Source of the DNA: an uncultured Ignavibacteria bacterium
Lineage (GTDB): Bacteria > Zixibacteria > MSB-5A5 > CAIYYT01
Direction: 5' to 3'
Assembly (NCBI GenBank): GCA_964584025.1
Contig: CAZOYE010000001.1
Span: 138,401 to 202,400 of the forward strand
Length of the DNA: 64,000 nucleotides
In this document: positions 37,446-47,424 of the stretch, one piece after another
Layout of the letters: each line of letters begins with the position of its first letter
Position numbering within the stretch: position 1 is the first letter of the stretch
Notes under the pieces: generated by a model
Database searches by the model: none
What the model saw: only the letters and a program-made list of their open reading frames with translations
What the model was told of the DNA's origin: nothing
Made by a program: the position numbers and the translations under genes

Positions 37446-38516
37446 ATGCAAGGACGGATCAAGAAATTACAGGCGCTGCTCAAGGATAGCAATCTCGACT
37501 GCCTGCTCGTCAGCGAGTTGTCGCAGGTCAAATACCTTTGCGGCTATTCCGGCTCAAACGGATTGCTCGTCGTCTTCACCAATGAAGCGCACTTCATCAC
37601 CGATTTTCGCTACAAGGCGCAGGTGCGCTCTGAAGTCAAGGGCGCCAAAATCCTGATCGCCCAGCGCGAGCTGTACACCGAAATCCCGAAAATCAAACGG
37701 CTGCTCCAAAAGAACCTTCGTGTCGGCTACTTGGAAGCTTACCTGTCCGTCAAGAATCTCAACATGATCCGCGCGCTGCTGCCGCAAGCGCTGTTGGCAC
37801 CAACCGGCGGTATGGTCGAAGCGCTCGCTTCAGTCAAGGAACCCGACGAGATCAAGAAGATTCAGAAAGCCGTCGATATCGCGGATGTCGCCTTCGAAAG
37901 AATCCTGCAGATTATCAAGCCCGGCGTGCGCGAAAACGAGGTCGCCGCGGAACTCGAGTATCAGATGAAGATGCTCGGCTCCGAGGACCCGTCGTTCGAG
38001 ACTATCATCGCCTCCGGCTATCGCTCGGCGCTGCCGCACGGGCGCGCCTCCTCGAAAATCATCAAGAAGGGGGAATTCGTTACGCTCGATTTCGGCGCCA
38101 TCTATGGCGGCTACCATTCCGACATCACGCGCACGGTGGTGGTCGGCAAGGCTTCGGCACAACAGAAGAAGATTTACAACCTCGTCCTCAAGGCGCAAAT
38201 CGCCGGAACCAAAAAGGCGCGCGCCGGTTTGAAAGGGTCGGCAGTCGATAAACACGTGCGCGATATTATCGCCAAGGCGGGCTACGCGAAAAACTTTGGC
38301 CACGGCCTCGGCCACGGCATCGGGCTGCTGATTCACGAAGAACCCCGCTTGTCGCCGCTGTCGGACACGGTCTTACAGCCGGGGATGGTCGTGACGGTCG
38401 AGCCCGGAATCTATCTTGACGGCTGGGGCGGTGTGCGGGTGGAAGATGATGTGGTGATTACCAGAAACGGTTGCCGCGTAATGAATCGCGCGGACAAGTC
38501 GTTGCTGGAGCTTTAG
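37446..38516 (+). CDS. M24B-family Xaa-Pro aminopeptidase/dipeptidase
   Basis: ORF track. The creatinase-like N-domain is followed by metal-ligand motifs FVTLDFGAIYGGYHSDITRT, HGLGHGIGLLIHEEP and VVTVEPGIY...GGVRVEDDVV. Confidence 0.9.
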   Translation: MQGRIKKLQALLKDSNLDCLLVSELSQVKYLCGYSGSNGLLVVFTNEAHFITDFRYKAQVRSEVKGAKILIAQRELYTEIPKIKRLLQKNLRVGYLEAYLSVKNLNMIRALLPQALLAPTGGMVEALASVKEPDEIKKIQKAVDIADVAFERILQIIKPGVRENEVAAELEYQMKMLGSEDPSFETIIASGYRSALPHGRASSKIIKKGEFVTLDFGAIYGGYHSDITRTVVVGKASAQQKKIYNLVLKAQIAGTKKARAGLKGSAVDKHVRDIIAKAGYAKNFGHGLGHGIGLLIHEEPRLSPLSDTVLQPGMVVTVEPGIYLDGWGGVRVEDDVVITRNGCRVMNRADKSLLEL

Positions 38517-38576
38517 TTTTTGCTGGAAAACTCGATAAACAGGAGTAGGGTTGATTCAACCCGGTCATAGAACGTA

Positions 38577-39098
38577 ATGAGAGAATCAACTATCCGGAAA
38601 CTGGTGAAGTTGGTGGAATCGTCGGAAATCGAGTCGCTCAACATCAAAACGATGTTCAGCAATGTAACCATCGTCAAGCGTAGTACGACCGGAACCAACG
38701 GTAACGGCCACGGCTCGACGATCACGATTCCCAAAGCGCAGGTGGCGCCGACCTTGCCGCCGCTCGAACCGGCCGCCGCAGTGCCTGTCGCTGCCGCTCC
38801 GGTCGCGCCCAGCGCGCCGCAGCCTGTCGCCGCTCCGCCCGCCGTGGCGGCTCCGGCAGGCAAGGAAATCAAGTCGCCTATGGTTGGGACCTTCTACACC
38901 TCTCCTGAGCCCGGCGCACCCGCGTTTGTTGACGTGGGCCAGCGGGTCACGAAAGGCCAGACGGTCTGCATCATCGAGGCGATGAAACTGATGAACGAGA
39001 TCGAAGCGGAATTCGACGGTGTGCTGATTCAGCGCATGGTCGAAAACGCCTCCCCGGTTGAGTTCGGTCAGGTGCTTTTCCTCGTCCAGCCGGCGTAG
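38577..39098 (+). CDS. accB: Acetyl-CoA carboxylase biotin carboxyl carrier protein
   Basis: ORF track. It starts [18 protein letters not shown], has an Ala/Pro-rich linker, and carries the biotinyl-lysine motif [15 protein letters not shown]. Confidence 0.9.
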   Translation: MRESTIRKLVKLVESSEIESLNIKTMFSNVTIVKRSTTGTNGNGHGSTITIPKAQVAPTLPPLEPAAAVPVAAAPVAPSAPQPVAAPPAVAAPAGKEIKSPMVGTFYTSPEPGAPAFVDVGQRVTKGQTVCIIEAMKLMNEIEAEFDGVLIQRMVENASPVEFGQVLFLVQPA

Positions 39099-39157
39099 GC
39101 GCGCGTACTCCGCCCGCAGCACCAGCAGGATTCCGGAACAACCATAAGGAGTGACCG

Positions 39158-40267
39158 ATGAACCTGCGTGACATGCTGGTGGAGATGCAGCATCAAGCTG
39201 CCTCCGACCTGCACCTGCGTGTGGGGATCAAACCGACCCTGCGCGTCCACGGCAAACTGGTCGTCATCAATACCGACCCGATCTCCAAGGAGTCGATGAC
39301 CGAAATCGTCTCCCAAATTCTTTCTCCCGAACAGCAGAAGCGATTTGCCGCGCGCAGCGAAATGGACCTGGCCCTTTCGGTCACCAAGCTCGGCCGTTTC
39401 CGTATCAATCTTTATCGCCAGCGCGGTACTCCCGGCATCGCGATCCGTGCCGTCAACACGCTGGTGCCGTCCTTTGAGGACCTGAATCTACCCGAAGTTA
39501 TCTCCGATCTCTGCGAAACCCGCCGCGGTTTGATCATCGTCACCGGCACCACCGGTTCCGGCAAGTCGACCTCGCTGGCGGCCGTCATCGAATACATCAA
39601 TTCGCACCGGGCGGAAAACATCGTCACGATCGAAGACCCGATCGAATACATCTATCGCGACAAGAAATCGATCATCTGCCAGCGCGAAGTCGGCGCCGAT
39701 TCCGAGAGCTTCGCTGCCGCACTGCGACACGCCTTCCGCCAGGACCCCGACGTCATCCTGATCGGTGAAATTCGAGACGCCGAGACGATGGGTATCGCCC
39801 TCGCCGCCGCCGACACCGGCCATTTGGTGCTCACGACGCTGCACACCATGAACGTGGTCGAAACCATCAGCCGTATCATCTCCTTCTTCCCGCCGCACCA
39901 GCATCAGCAGATTCGTCTGCTGCTGGCCGGCACCATGAAGGCGATCGTCTGCCAGCGTCTGCTGCCGCGCGCCGATATGCCGGGCCGTATCCCCGCCGTC
40001 GAGGTCGCCGTCACCACTGGCGCCATCCGCGATTGCATTATCGATCCGATCAAGACCTCGTCGATTATCGAGTTTATCGAAGCCGGCCAAGTGCAGTACG
40101 GCATGCAGTCGTTCGACCAGTCGATCATGAAGCTCTATCGCGCCGGCCACATCACCTACGAGGATGCCATGCGCAACGCTTCGAACCCCGACGACTTCGA
40201 TCTTCGCGTCAAGGGTATTACCAGCTCCTCCGACACTTCCTGGACCACAATCCAGGGCACGCATTAG
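39158..40267 (+). CDS. pilT: Type IV pilus retraction ATPase PilT
   Basis: ORF track. Motifs are ASDLHLRVG, the Walker A GTTGSGKSTSLAA, DPDVILIGEIRD, LVLTTLHT and AIVCQRLLP. Confidence 0.9.
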   Translation: MNLRDMLVEMQHQAASDLHLRVGIKPTLRVHGKLVVINTDPISKESMTEIVSQILSPEQQKRFAARSEMDLALSVTKLGRFRINLYRQRGTPGIAIRAVNTLVPSFEDLNLPEVISDLCETRRGLIIVTGTTGSGKSTSLAAVIEYINSHRAENIVTIEDPIEYIYRDKKSIICQREVGADSESFAAALRHAFRQDPDVILIGEIRDAETMGIALAAADTGHLVLTTLHTMNVVETISRIISFFPPHQHQQIRLLLAGTMKAIVCQRLLPRADMPGRIPAVEVAVTTGAIRDCIIDPIKTSSIIEFIEAGQVQYGMQSFDQSIMKLYRAGHITYEDAMRNASNPDDFDLRVKGITSSSDTSWTTIQGTH

Positions 40268-40301
40268 TTCGACCACAGTTTTTGTATATCTGCAATTCAA
40301 G

Positions 40302-40334
40302 AGCGGCGCACCATCCGGTGCGCCGCTTTCGCTT
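40302..40334 (+). terminator. Rho-independent terminator after pilT
   Basis: The 11-bp perfect stem agcggcgcacc / ggtgcgccgct has a 4-nt loop and is followed by ttcgctt. It starts 35 nt after the pilT stop. Confidence 0.65.
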
Positions 40335-40875
40335 CAAACCATGGATTGTTGCGTCAGGTCTTCTCGCGCCCACTGAAGCCGGGAAGAACCGCTCCTTCGA
40401 ACCGCGAGGCGACCTGACGCTCTCCAGATTCCATCCCTTCTGCGGTCGTCATTGCGAGGAGCGAGCGTACCCCCGGCAGAAAATCGCACGCTGCCGCGAC
40501 GAAGCAATTCCTTCCCCCACTTCGCCTTCCTCTCTCCGCCTTCCAAATGCGATTCACGACCCCATTCCTCTTGTCATCGATTCTCGCCGCGAAATCCGCT
40601 TTCGAACTCAGACGCTAACAACCTCGCCCTCATCAACATCGCTCCGATTACGGCGCGATTTTTGTAGCGATTCACTCGATAAATCCAAGTCCGGGTATTA
40701 GTAGAGGGACGAATGTAGCCGCAGGGCCCGGCCTCGCGGTGAAGGCTGCGCAAATCACAGGCGCTCGCCCGGTAGTACTGCAACAGGTGAGCGCTCACAA
40801 CTCCGCGGTTTGTGATTGACGCCACCCGCTGTTCGTTCCTCGAAGCTCGATCGATCGGGCGCTCAGAAATGAGCT

Positions 40876-40917
40876 AAAAGCGCCGAAGGCGACCCGAGTA
40901 ACACCGGATCGCCTTCG
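40876..40917 (-). terminator. Probable terminator after the DUF4397/T9SS gene
   Basis: The 9-bp stem cgaaggcga (40884-40892) / tcgccttcg (40909-40917) is followed on the minus strand by GCGCUUUUAGC. It lies about 70 nt past the stop. Confidence 0.45.
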
Positions 40918-40987
40918 ACCGAAACGTAAACAAAGGAAGTGAGATGATTCTTTAACGCTCGCACACAGGCGGGCAAATCGCAATTCG

Positions 40988-43492
40988 CTACTTCATCAAA
41001 ACCATCTTGCGCTGCTCGCTGAACCCGTCAGTCTGCAGGCGATAGAAGTATATCCCCGAAGCCATATTGGCGGCATCAAACGTCACCTGGTGCGCGCCGG
41101 CCGCCATCGGTCCGTCAACCAGCCGCGCCACTTCCTGCCCGAGAATGTTGTAGACGCTCAACGTCACCGGCGAGCTCTTCGGCAACGCGAAGGAAATCGT
41201 CGTGGTCGGGTTGAACGGATTCGGATAGTTCTGGCTCAGCGCAAAGTCGGTCGGCAAAGCCGTCGCACCCCGCTCAAGCTCTTCGATCTTGCCTTCCGTC
41301 AACTCTTCTTCATCCGCAATCGCAACGATCGCACTCGGCGCCACCGCCGGCAAAGCGACCACCGCGCCATTCGGCAAAGCCGCATACAGCCCGAACGCCG
41401 GACCGTTGTTGTTGGCCGCCGGATTCAGGAATCCCGAAGCGAACACTACGGCCGCGCCGCCACCCAGGCCGCTGAGATCGGCGGTGAACGAAGCCACTCC
41501 CGTCGTGCTGTTGCCCGGGGTAACGGTCAGGGTGTAGTTTCTCGCAAAGAAGAACTTGTAGTTGGAAAACTCACCGTAGGTCAGGTCATTGACGGCGCGA
41601 TAGGTGAAATTGCCGAGACGCGCAAAGACGTCAACGGTCGGCGCATCGGTCGCGCCATGGAATACGATCAGGTTGACACCTAAACGCGAGCGGCCCTCTT
41701 CGAGAACGCCATCAACCGGGAACAGCTTGAAGCCGATATCCTCGCCATCCGGGTTGGCCGCAAAGCCGGAACCCAGAATGCCATTGGCGATGGCTACGTA
41801 AGTCTGATTCGCTTCGAGCGTCACTGGGATCGTCGCGATCGCCTGCGCCGAGGACGAGCTATTGCCCGGAGCGATCTGGAGATTCAACTGAACTCCGGCC
41901 GGCACATCGATAAACGGCGTCGCCGTGCGGAACGCGAAGTTGTCGATCAGGGGAGTCGCGCCATCGTTAACATAAACATCAACGACCGACGCAGCCGGAT
42001 CGGCGGCGTTGTGAATCACCTGCAAGCGAGCGGTCGCCTGATAGGCAGGGAAGGCCACGACCGTGCCATTCGCCAGCGCTGCAAACAACCCGAACGCCGG
42101 ACCATTGTTGTTGGCCGCCGGGTTCAGGAAACCTGAAGCGAAGACGACCGCCGAGCCGCCGTTCAGCCCGGTCAGATCCGCTTCAAACGAAGCCACGACC
42201 GTGTTGTTGTCGTCGCCGGGAGTGACATCGAGAACGTACGTTCGCGGAGCCAGCGAAGCGTAGCCGCCGAAGTCTCCGTACGAGGCATTATTGACAACCG
42301 GACCAAACGGCCAGCCGCGCGCAACGATGTCAACGTTCGGCGCATCGGTGGCGCCGTGGAATCCGATGACATCCGTGCGATAGAACCAGGAAGCGCGCTC
42401 GCGAATGCCGTCCTTGGCAAAGAGGCTGAAGCTGATGCTGCGGCCATCGGGATTCGCGGCAAAGCCGGAACCGAGAACGCCGTTGGCAATGGCGACGTAG
42501 GTCTTCCCGTCTTCCAGCGTCACCGGGATCGTCGCGATCGCCTGCGCCGACGACGAGCTGTTACCCGGCGCAATCTGGATGTTCAACTGGACACCAGCGG
42601 GAACCGTGCGAAATTCGGTGGCTTCGCGGAAATCGAAATCGTTCTCGAAGAGATTATCGTTAACATAGATATCGACTGAGGCCGCAGCCGGATCAGCGGC
42701 ATTGTGAATCACCTGCAGGCGCGCGGTCGGCACGACCACGGGCAGAGCCGCGACAGCGCCGTTCGGCAGCGCCGCAAACAGGCCGAAAGCCGGGCCGTTG
42801 TTGTTGGCGGCCGGGTTCAAAAACCCGGAGGCAAACACGACGGCAGCGCCGCCCTTGAGACCATTGAGGTCGGCTTCGAACGAGGCTACCACCGTCGAGG
42901 CATCATTGCCGGGGGTCACGTCAAGAATGTACTTGCGCGCCGCTACGGGGCGATAAGCGCTGAATTGGCCATACGTAAGATCATTGAAGAGCGGAGTCTT
43001 TCCACCCTTGCGGATGCGCACGTCAACGGTCGGCGCATCGGTCGCGCCGTGAAAGGCGATTAGATCAACGACCTGATTCCAGTTGGCCTTCTCGCGCAAG
43101 CCATCGCGCGCGAATAACTGGAAACTGATCGCTGCGCCGTCAGGATTGGCGGCAAAACCGGAACCCAGGACGCCGTTGGCGATCGCAACATAGGTGCGAT
43201 TAGCGGTCAGCGTCACGGGGATTGTGGCGATTGCCTCCGCCGAGGAACTCGAGTTGCCCGGAGCAATCTGGACATTCAATTGAACGCCGGCCGGTACAGT
43301 GCGATATTCGGTAGCCTCCCGGAAAGAAAAATCATCTTCAAAAAGTGCGTCATTAACATAGATGTCGACGACGGCAGCCGCCGGATCGGCAGCGTTGTGA
43401 ATCACTTGCAGGCGCGCATCGGCGGCCTGCGCTACCACGGGCAGGGCGAACACGGTCGCCAGAAGCACCGCCAGAAATCTCAGTTTCAACAT
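40988..43492 (-). CDS. Secreted protein with three tandem ~230-aa DUF4397-like repeats and a T9SS-type (Por secretion tail) C-terminal sorting domain
   Basis: ORF track. The signal peptide is MLKLRFLAVLLATVFALPVVAQA. Three units begin ARLQVIHNAADPAA..VD.YVND (aa 26, 257, 488) and end ASGFLNPAANNNGPAFGL.AAL.NG. The C-terminus FALSQNYPNPFNPTTTISFALPKSSPVTLSVYNILGQEVARLVDG...ASGIYFYRLQTDGFSEQRKMVLMK is a typical T9SS CTD. Confidence 0.85.
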   Translation of the reverse strand: MLKLRFLAVLLATVFALPVVAQAADARLQVIHNAADPAAAVVDIYVNDALFEDDFSFREATEYRTVPAGVQLNVQIAPGNSSSSAEAIATIPVTLTANRTYVAIANGVLGSGFAANPDGAAISFQLFARDGLREKANWNQVVDLIAFHGATDAPTVDVRIRKGGKTPLFNDLTYGQFSAYRPVAARKYILDVTPGNDASTVVASFEADLNGLKGGAAVVFASGFLNPAANNNGPAFGLFAALPNGAVAALPVVVPTARLQVIHNAADPAAASVDIYVNDNLFENDFDFREATEFRTVPAGVQLNIQIAPGNSSSSAQAIATIPVTLEDGKTYVAIANGVLGSGFAANPDGRSISFSLFAKDGIRERASWFYRTDVIGFHGATDAPNVDIVARGWPFGPVVNNASYGDFGGYASLAPRTYVLDVTPGDDNNTVVASFEADLTGLNGGSAVVFASGFLNPAANNNGPAFGLFAALANGTVVAFPAYQATARLQVIHNAADPAASVVDVYVNDGATPLIDNFAFRTATPFIDVPAGVQLNLQIAPGNSSSSAQAIATIPVTLEANQTYVAIANGILGSGFAANPDGEDIGFKLFPVDGVLEEGRSRLGVNLIVFHGATDAPTVDVFARLGNFTYRAVNDLTYGEFSNYKFFFARNYTLTVTPGNSTTGVASFTADLSGLGGGAAVVFASGFLNPAANNNGPAFGLYAALPNGAVVALPAVAPSAIVAIADEEELTEGKIEELERGATALPTDFALSQNYPNPFNPTTTISFALPKSSPVTLSVYNILGQEVARLVDGPMAAGAHQVTFDAANMASGIYFYRLQTDGFSEQRKMVLMK

Positions 43493-43685
43493 TGTTCTCT
43501 CTCCTCCTGTTTTTCTCCGCTCTCCGCGGATCTGTTACTGTTACTGTATCAAGTTTGATGCTGCCCTTCGGCACTGGCCGCTACGGGCGATGTATCTGCT
43601 CGAAACAGGCGGACACCGACGACAGAAGTCGATCGTGGAAGCAAGGGTAGAGTCGAACGGTGCCCGGTCTGCTTCAGCTCGGTCA

Positions 43686-44258
43686 TTATGACTTTTTATC
43701 TTCCTTGGGAAGAATCACGGTATCGATAACGTGGATTACGCCGTTCGAGGTCGCAATGTCCGTCTTGACCACCTTGGCGTTATCAATCATTACGCCGTCC
43801 TTGCCGACAACGACCTTGGCACTCTGGCCATTGACCGTCTTGGCTTCGCTGAGCTTTACAACGTCAGCCGCCATCACCTTGCCCGCAACGACGTGGTAGG
43901 TCAAGATGCTGGTCAACTTTGCCTTGTCGTTGAGCAGGGCTTCGACAGTGCCCTTCGGCAGCTTGGCGAAAGCCTCGTCTGTCGGGGCGAAGACAGTGAA
44001 GGGTCCTTCACCCTTGAGTGTCTCGACCAATCCTGCCGCCTTCACCGCGGCCACCAGCGTGTTGAAACTGCCGGCGGAAGCCGCCGTTTCGACGATGTCC
44101 ATCGCCTTCTGCGTCGCGCTGGCCTTCATAATCTCACCTGACTTCTTCGATGACGCTTCTGCCTTATCACTGGCGCAATTGTCCGCCAGCAGCGCCTGGC
44201 TGCCGGTCGTCGCCATCAGGGCGAAGGCGACGAGCAGGGCCGAAATTCTCTTTTTCAC
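43686..44258 (-). CDS. Fasciclin (FAS1) domain protein, secreted
   Basis: ORF track. The signal peptide is [22 protein letters not shown]1 motifs are [43 protein letters not shown] and [13 protein letters not shown]. Confidence 0.85.
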   Translation of the reverse strand: MKKRISALLVAFALMATTGSQALLADNCASDKAEASSKKSGEIMKASATQKAMDIVETAASAGSFNTLVAAVKAAGLVETLKGEGPFTVFAPTDEAFAKLPKGTVEALLNDKAKLTSILTYHVVAGKVMAADVVKLSEAKTVNGQSAKVVVGKDGVMIDNAKVVKTDIATSNGVIHVIDTVILPKEDKKS

Positions 44259-44356
44259 GTTTGTCCTCCTATTGCTTCTATATGTCTGTTTTCTTGATTT
44301 TCAGTGACGCCGGACAGAGAGAGCTCGGTCCGCCGTATGCGCTTGTTTCTATCCGC

Positions 44357-44572
44357 TTAGGCGGTCGCCATTCCCCAACGACGCTGGATCGCCTTGAATC
44401 CAGCGGCTTGGTAGACGGCGGATATACCGACCAGCGTGTAAACGATCTTCGCGAGTATCGTGCCGTCTCCCAGAAGAGTGGCGACGAGGTCGAAATTCAG
44501 CAGGCCGACCAAACCCCAGTTCAGTCCGCCCACGATGAGCAGGACTGCGACGATGACATCGAGTGTTTTCAT
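44357..44572 (-). CDS. DUF378-family small membrane protein
   Basis: ORF track. The sequence MKTLDVIVAVLLIVGGLNWGLVGLLNFDLVATLLG...IVYTLVGISAVY carries the GGLNWGLVG signature. GAAGGAG lies upstream. Confidence 0.75.
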   Translation of the reverse strand: MKTLDVIVAVLLIVGGLNWGLVGLLNFDLVATLLGDGTILAKIVYTLVGISAVYQAAGFKAIQRRWGMATA

Positions 44573-44791
44573 TTTCTTCTCCTTCTCTCTTAATATTTCA
44601 GTTTCTTAATTCTTACTATTTGTCTCACTTCTGTCTATTAAACATCTGGACATATCAGCTAGTTTTCGTGTCTAACTTCTGCTTGTTTATGTTCTGTCTA
44701 AGTTTCGTAGCATTAATGCAGGGCAATTTAAGTGGTGATTTGACAAAGAATTGAGCCGTGGGATAAGAGCAATCCACGGAATTGGAAGCGC

Positions 44792-44828
44792 AAAAAAAGA
44801 GGTCCGGATGACAAAAAATCATCCGGAC
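44792..44828 (-). terminator. Rho-independent terminator after mscL
   Basis: The 10-bp stem gtccggatga (44802-44811) / tcatccggac (44819-44828) is followed on the minus strand by CUCUUUUUUU (A-run 44792-44798). Confidence 0.7.
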
Positions 44829-44888
44829 TTCGAAAGGAGATCGCTCAACAAACCATTGAGTTCGAGGAGCGAATTCGCCGACGTTTGT

Positions 44889-45287
44889 CTATCGCTGGCT
44901 GCGCAAGGCGTCGCGAATCTCGGTGAGCAGGGTTTCTTCCTTGCTCGGAGCCGGCGGAGCCGCGGGCGCTTCCTCTTTCTTGCGCTTGAGTGTGTTCATG
45001 GCTTTGACCACCATAAATATCGCAAACGCCACGATGATGAAGTCGACCACGGTTTGGATAAACTTGCCGTACGACAAGACCACTGCCGGAGCTTCCGCAG
45101 TTGCCGCCTTCAAGGTAATCGCCAGGTTGCTGAAATCGACACCACCCAACAGGACGCCGAGCGGCGGCATGATCACGTCACCAACGATCGATGTCACGAT
45201 CTTGCCGAAGGCCGCGCCGATGACGATACCGACCGCCATGTCGACGACGTTGCCCCGCATCGCAAATTCTTTGAATTCCTTGAGCAT
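44889..45287 (-). CDS. mscL: Large-conductance mechanosensitive channel
   Basis: ORF track. The sequence reads [44 protein letters not shown]...[23 protein letters not shown]. Confidence 0.9.
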   Translation of the reverse strand: MLKEFKEFAMRGNVVDMAVGIVIGAAFGKIVTSIVGDVIMPPLGVLLGGVDFSNLAITLKAATAEAPAVVLSYGKFIQTVVDFIIVAFAIFMVVKAMNTLKRKKEEAPAAPPAPSKEETLLTEIRDALRSQR

Positions 45288-45396
45288 AGGACTCCTTCCG
45301 TAGAGACAGGGTTATCTACAAAACTTCAATTGCGAACTGTTACAGAGAGCCTGAGTATCGAACCAGATAATGGAGAGAAGAGGGTGATTTGTCAAA

Positions 45397-47103
45397 TCAG
45401 AATTTGTTGGTGATCGGCCAACGGCGATCCTTACCAAAGGCCCGCGGCGTGATCCGCGCGCCCGGCGGCGACTGGCGGCGCTTGTACTCGGCGGCGCCAA
45501 CCATGCGAATGACGCGATGCACGATCTTCGCATCGAATCCGGCCGCCACGATTTCCTGCTCGTCGGTGTCGTGCTCGACATAGAGCCGCAGGATTTCGTC
45601 GAGCACTTCGTACGGCGGCAGCGAATCGGTATCGAGCTGGTTGTCCTTCAATTCCGCGGTCGGCGGCCGCTTGATGATTTCTTTCGCGATCGTTTCACGC
45701 TTGCGGTTGAGATGCTTGCTGATCCTGTACACCAAGGTTTTGGGAATGTCTTTCAGCACCGCGAAACCACCCACCATGTCGCCGTATAGCGTCGTGTAGC
45801 CGACGGCCGCTTCCGATTTGTTAGAGGTATTCAGCACCAGCGCGCCGAACTTGTTGGAATACGCCATCAGCAAATTGCCGCGAATGCGCGCCTGCAGATT
45901 CTCGCCGGTCAGTCCGCCGGTGCAGTCGCCGTAGACTGGATTCAACAGTTCGGCGTAGTCGTCGATCAGATCACCGATCGACAAATCATCCATTTCGACG
46001 CCAAGCAACTTGGCCTGCCTTGCTGCGGCGCGATGCGAAAGATCCGAGGTAAACTGCGACGGCATAAACAGCAGGTGGACATTCTTCTTGCCCAGGGCTG
46101 CGACCGCAACAGCCGACGTCAGCGCCGAGTCGATTCCGCCCGACATGCCGATCACCACGCTCTTGAATCCGTTCTTGCTGACATAGTCGCGCGTTGCCAG
46201 CACTAATGCCTGGAAGACTTCTTCTTCTTCCGGGAGACGCTTGGCGACCTTGAGCTTTCCGGATCGACGCGCTGTTGCCGCCTGCGTTTCGACTTCGGCG
46301 TAGCGGATCGGAAACTGCTGATTGGTGTTGGCGCCGGCGCGCTTGAGCAGGTCAAACGTTGCGCCGTTCGGCCTGGGGCCTTCGGCGATATCGACTACCA
46401 GCAATTCTTCGTTGAACAACTCCGCGCGGGCAATCACCTTGCCTTTAGGGTCGATCGCCAGCGATGCGCCGTCAAAGATCAGTTCGTCCTGCCCGCCAAC
46501 CATGTTGCAATAAAGCACGTGGCACTTGTTGCGCAACGCGCGGTCGCGCAGCATCTCGATGCGTTCTTCCGCCTTGTGCACGTGGTAGGGCGAGGCGGAG
46601 ATATTGAGGATCACGCGCGCACCGAGAGCGGCTTGTTGCTCGGTGATTCCGGGGCAGATCCAGATATCCTCGCAGATATTGATCCCGACCAGTGTGTTGC
46701 GCAGCCGCAGGATCGGCATTTCGGAGCCGGGCTGGAAATAGCGCTCTTCATCGAAAACGCCGTAATTGGGCAACGCGACCTTTTCATACGACAACAGCAG
46801 CTTGCGCTTGTTGATTACCGCCGCCGAATTGAAGACGCTGGTGCCCTCCGAACCCGCCCAGCCGCAGACTATCGCCGGGCCGTTGCCGCGCGCGATCAGT
46901 TTGTTGAGATATTCAAGATTGGCTTCGACGAAACTGCGATTCAGCAGCAAATCTTCCGGCGGATAACCGCAGAGCGACAATTCCGGAAACGCCACCAGGT
47001 CGCATTTGAGTTTGGCGGCCGACTCGACGTAAGCGAGAATCTTGGCAAGATTCCCCGCGAAATCTCCGACCGTGGGATTGATTTGTCCTAAGGCGATGCG
47101 CGT
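45397..47103 (-). CDS. nadE: Glutamine-dependent NAD+ synthetase (N-terminal CN-hydrolase domain + NAD synthase domain)
   Basis: The ORF track gives 45397..46995 (GTG). However, the same frame upstream encodes the conserved nitrilase-domain N-terminus (T)RIALGQINPTVGDFAGNLAKILAYVESAAKLKCDLVAFPEL, back to stop TGA 47136-47134. There is no ATG, GTG or TTG in between. ACG 47103-47101 sits where ATG is expected, with AGGAG 10 nt upstream. The synthetase motif is VIGMSGGIDSALT. The 5' end is therefore uncertain (46995 is the minimal canonical start). Confidence 0.85.
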   Translation of the reverse strand, partial: TRIALGQINPTVGDFAGNLAKILAYVESAAKLKCDLVAFPELSLCGYPPEDLLLNRSFVEANLEYLNKLIARGNGPAIVCGWAGSEGTSVFNSAAVINKRKLLLSYEKVALPNYGVFDEERYFQPGSEMPILRLRNTLVGINICEDIWICPGITEQQAALGARVILNISASPYHVHKAEERIEMLRDRALRNKCHVLYCNMVGGQDELIFDGASLAIDPKGKVIARAELFNEELLVVDIAEGPRPNGATFDLLKRAGANTNQQFPIRYAEVETQAATARRSGKLKVAKRLPEEEEVFQALVLATRDYVSKNGFKSVVIGMSGGIDSALTSAVAVAALGKKNVHLLFMPSQFTSDLSHRAAARQAKLLGVEMDDLSIGDLIDDYAELLNPVYGDCTGGLTGENLQARIRGNLLMAYSNKFGALVLNTSNKSEAAVGYTTLYGDMVGGFAVLKDIPKTLVYRISKHLNRKRETIAKEIIKRPPTAELKDNQLDTDSLPPYEVLDEILRLYVEHDTDEQEIVAAGFDAKIVHRVIRMVGAAEYKRRQSPPGARITPRAFGKDRRWPITNKF

Positions 47104-47424
47104 AAGTGCTCTGCTCCTGTTGTCCGCCGATGTTCAGGCGGCGTCAGCAATTAATACGCGATTTTCCCGATTGCAAGGGGAATGGGGGGTGATTAGCGGA
47201 GTAGGTCAAGACCCGCAGCATCGTCGACCAATCGCGGCCGGGAAATGGAGCAAGTTCGATTACAGTAGCGGAGTTGCCCAAGACGAAGGGTCTTGACGGT
47301 GCAGTGTCAATGTGAGCGCAAACGTCAAATCCCTTCGGCATGCTCGATCAGCTACGCCACTCGAGATTGAACGACACACAATGTAGTTCTGCGGTCAAGA
47401 AGATCGGGATTTGACCTACGCTGA

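Noticed and set aside
38577-40267. accB is followed by pilT instead of accC.
   Set aside because: accB and accC are not always adjacent, so accC may simply be elsewhere. There is no sequence anomaly, and the gene order alone is not informative.
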